From: Harriotta raleighana
Taxonomy: Eukaryota
DNA: 64,000 bases
Reading direction: 5' to 3'
Assembly (NCBI GenBank): GCA_050575255.1
Contig: JBNZDD010013549.1
Span: 62,001-126,000 of the forward strand
Each line of letters opens with the position of its first letter. The stretch's first letter is position 1. Under the pieces are notes generated by a model, which searched no databases, was not told the origin of the DNA, and was given only the letters and a program-made list of their open reading frames with translations. The translations under genes and the position numbers were made by a program. This document shows positions 62,600 through 64,000 of this stretch, piece after piece.

Positions 62600-62930
62600 T
62601 AGAGATGCCAAAGACATAGAGTCCCAGTCTAAGCTGAGTTAGCTGACTTCAGCTAAGCTCAACTAAAGTTTATAATTGACCTTGATATCATTAGGTTGGA
62701 ATGGGGATAGTTAGCCTGGGGATCTGCTCCTCATCGCTATCCAGAAAACCCAGCTGAGCGGCCAGGTGGTGCGGGCACTGGTGAAGAGAGGGAGGGGTTT
62801 GGCTGCAATACACTTATCCTGCTCACACTAACCGTCGTCATAGGCCATAAGTAAACAATGGCCATTTTTATGAGCTATTGGAGAGTGCCTAGGATCTTTG
62901 GGATCATATCCTAATGGGAAAAAAAAGTCA
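62600..62930 (+). mobile_element. AmnSINE2-like SINE
   Basis: GCTGAGTTAGCTGACTTCAGC..ATAATTGACCT..CTGCTCCTCATCGCTATCCAG..GGCTGCAATAC..AATGGCCA. Confidence 0.7.
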
Positions 62931-63934
62931 ATTTTTAACATATATTTGTCTAATTGAGTTTAAACTGCAAAACTTTCTATACCTAGGTGCCCAGACCATT
63001 GACTAGAGTGATTAAGCCACCCCACTTCTGCTCTCCCACATAATTAATTCAGATTTCCTGGGCTGCTTGTTTATCAGGCGGGTAACTTGCGATTAGAGAC
63101 CCTTAAAATATGGAGGTGTCATGCCTTCAGTATAGATTCCGTTCTATCAGCCTCTCACAAGGTACCACGTGTCGGTATGGCTGAGTTTTGAGACTTCCAT
63201 GGACACTTCACGAAACATTTGTGGGGTATTTCGTAGAAGCGATAGCTTTTATTGTCTTTTAAATTCACTTGTGCAGTGTTATCTAATTGTAGAATACAAT
63301 ATTTTCCATAGTGGTTTGTGACATCATTTGAACGATTCATGCATGTTTTCTGAACCCATATTGAGCGATTTGTGTGTGTTGTGTGTGCGCAAGAGGAGGT
63401 GGGTGGGGAGAAGTGTCTGCCTAACTGCCTGATCCACGCAAGGTGTTGCTGTATGTTTTGTGTTTAAGTGAAGCAATTTCACCAGAATGTTGACCTCAGC
63501 CTCCCAAGGGTGTATTTTTTTCCTTACTTTTCCCTTGCCGTCTTTCTGAGCTTACTGCCTGCGGAAACTATGCTAGACTCACTTGCAAAGGTCAAGTAGC
63601 TCATTTATGGGTCTTTTAGCATGATTTCAACTTGGATCTGCTTGTTCAGCTGAATTTACTACAAGTAAATTTACCGCTGTCCCACAAGGAAAGAAATGCT
63701 ACACTCGTGCTTGGCTGGTAGATCAGCAGATTTACTGTCAAATTCATTTTTTTTTCCCCACCAGGAGCAAAATTCAGCCCATGGTTGCATCCTTTTATAG
63801 TCCAAATGCTTGTTTCCTTCTCTGTGGTGTGGGTCCAGGTGCTTTGGCCAATGATCTGAAGGATCAGATGGCCTTTCTTCACTGTAGAGCTGAGAGAGTG
63901 AGTGTTGGCAAGCTTTACCAATAGGACGGGCATC

Positions 63935-63972
63935 AATAACAACTTGCTTTTAATATAATACCCTTCACGCAG
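63935..63972 (-). mobile_element. Ultrashort L2/SINE 3' tail
   Basis: AATAACAACTTGCTTTTAATATAATACCCTTCACG. Confidence 0.55.
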
Positions 63973-64000
63973 AATATCACCTGCTGTACAGTGGACAGGG

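Overview
This is vertebrate, AT-rich, non-coding DNA (large intron or intergenic region). The repeat content is L2 and CR1 LINEs, an L2-tailed tRNA-SINE, Deu-domain SINEs and AmnSINE2-like SINEs, which points to a cartilaginous fish, probably a holocephalan; that assignment is inference. I recognise no host protein-coding exon, RNA gene, CRISPR array or prokaryotic system, and the longest ORFs are LINE remnants or their antisense frames. Notable signals: (1) about a dozen heavily decayed segments that look like unique DNA but still translate into ordered RTE/RTEX/Vingi-type non-LTR retrotransposon motifs (endonuclease, RT, post-RT, C-terminal); (2) an intact Tigger-type MITE nested in a SINE; (3) a ~100-bp degenerate palindrome; (4) many ultrashort L2 3' tails; (5) several CNE-like blocks, one with a perfect RFX X-box; (6) duplications at single-N joins that are most likely assembly/haplotype artefacts. 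All family assignments were made by eye, and repeat boundaries are approximate unless exact motifs are quoted.
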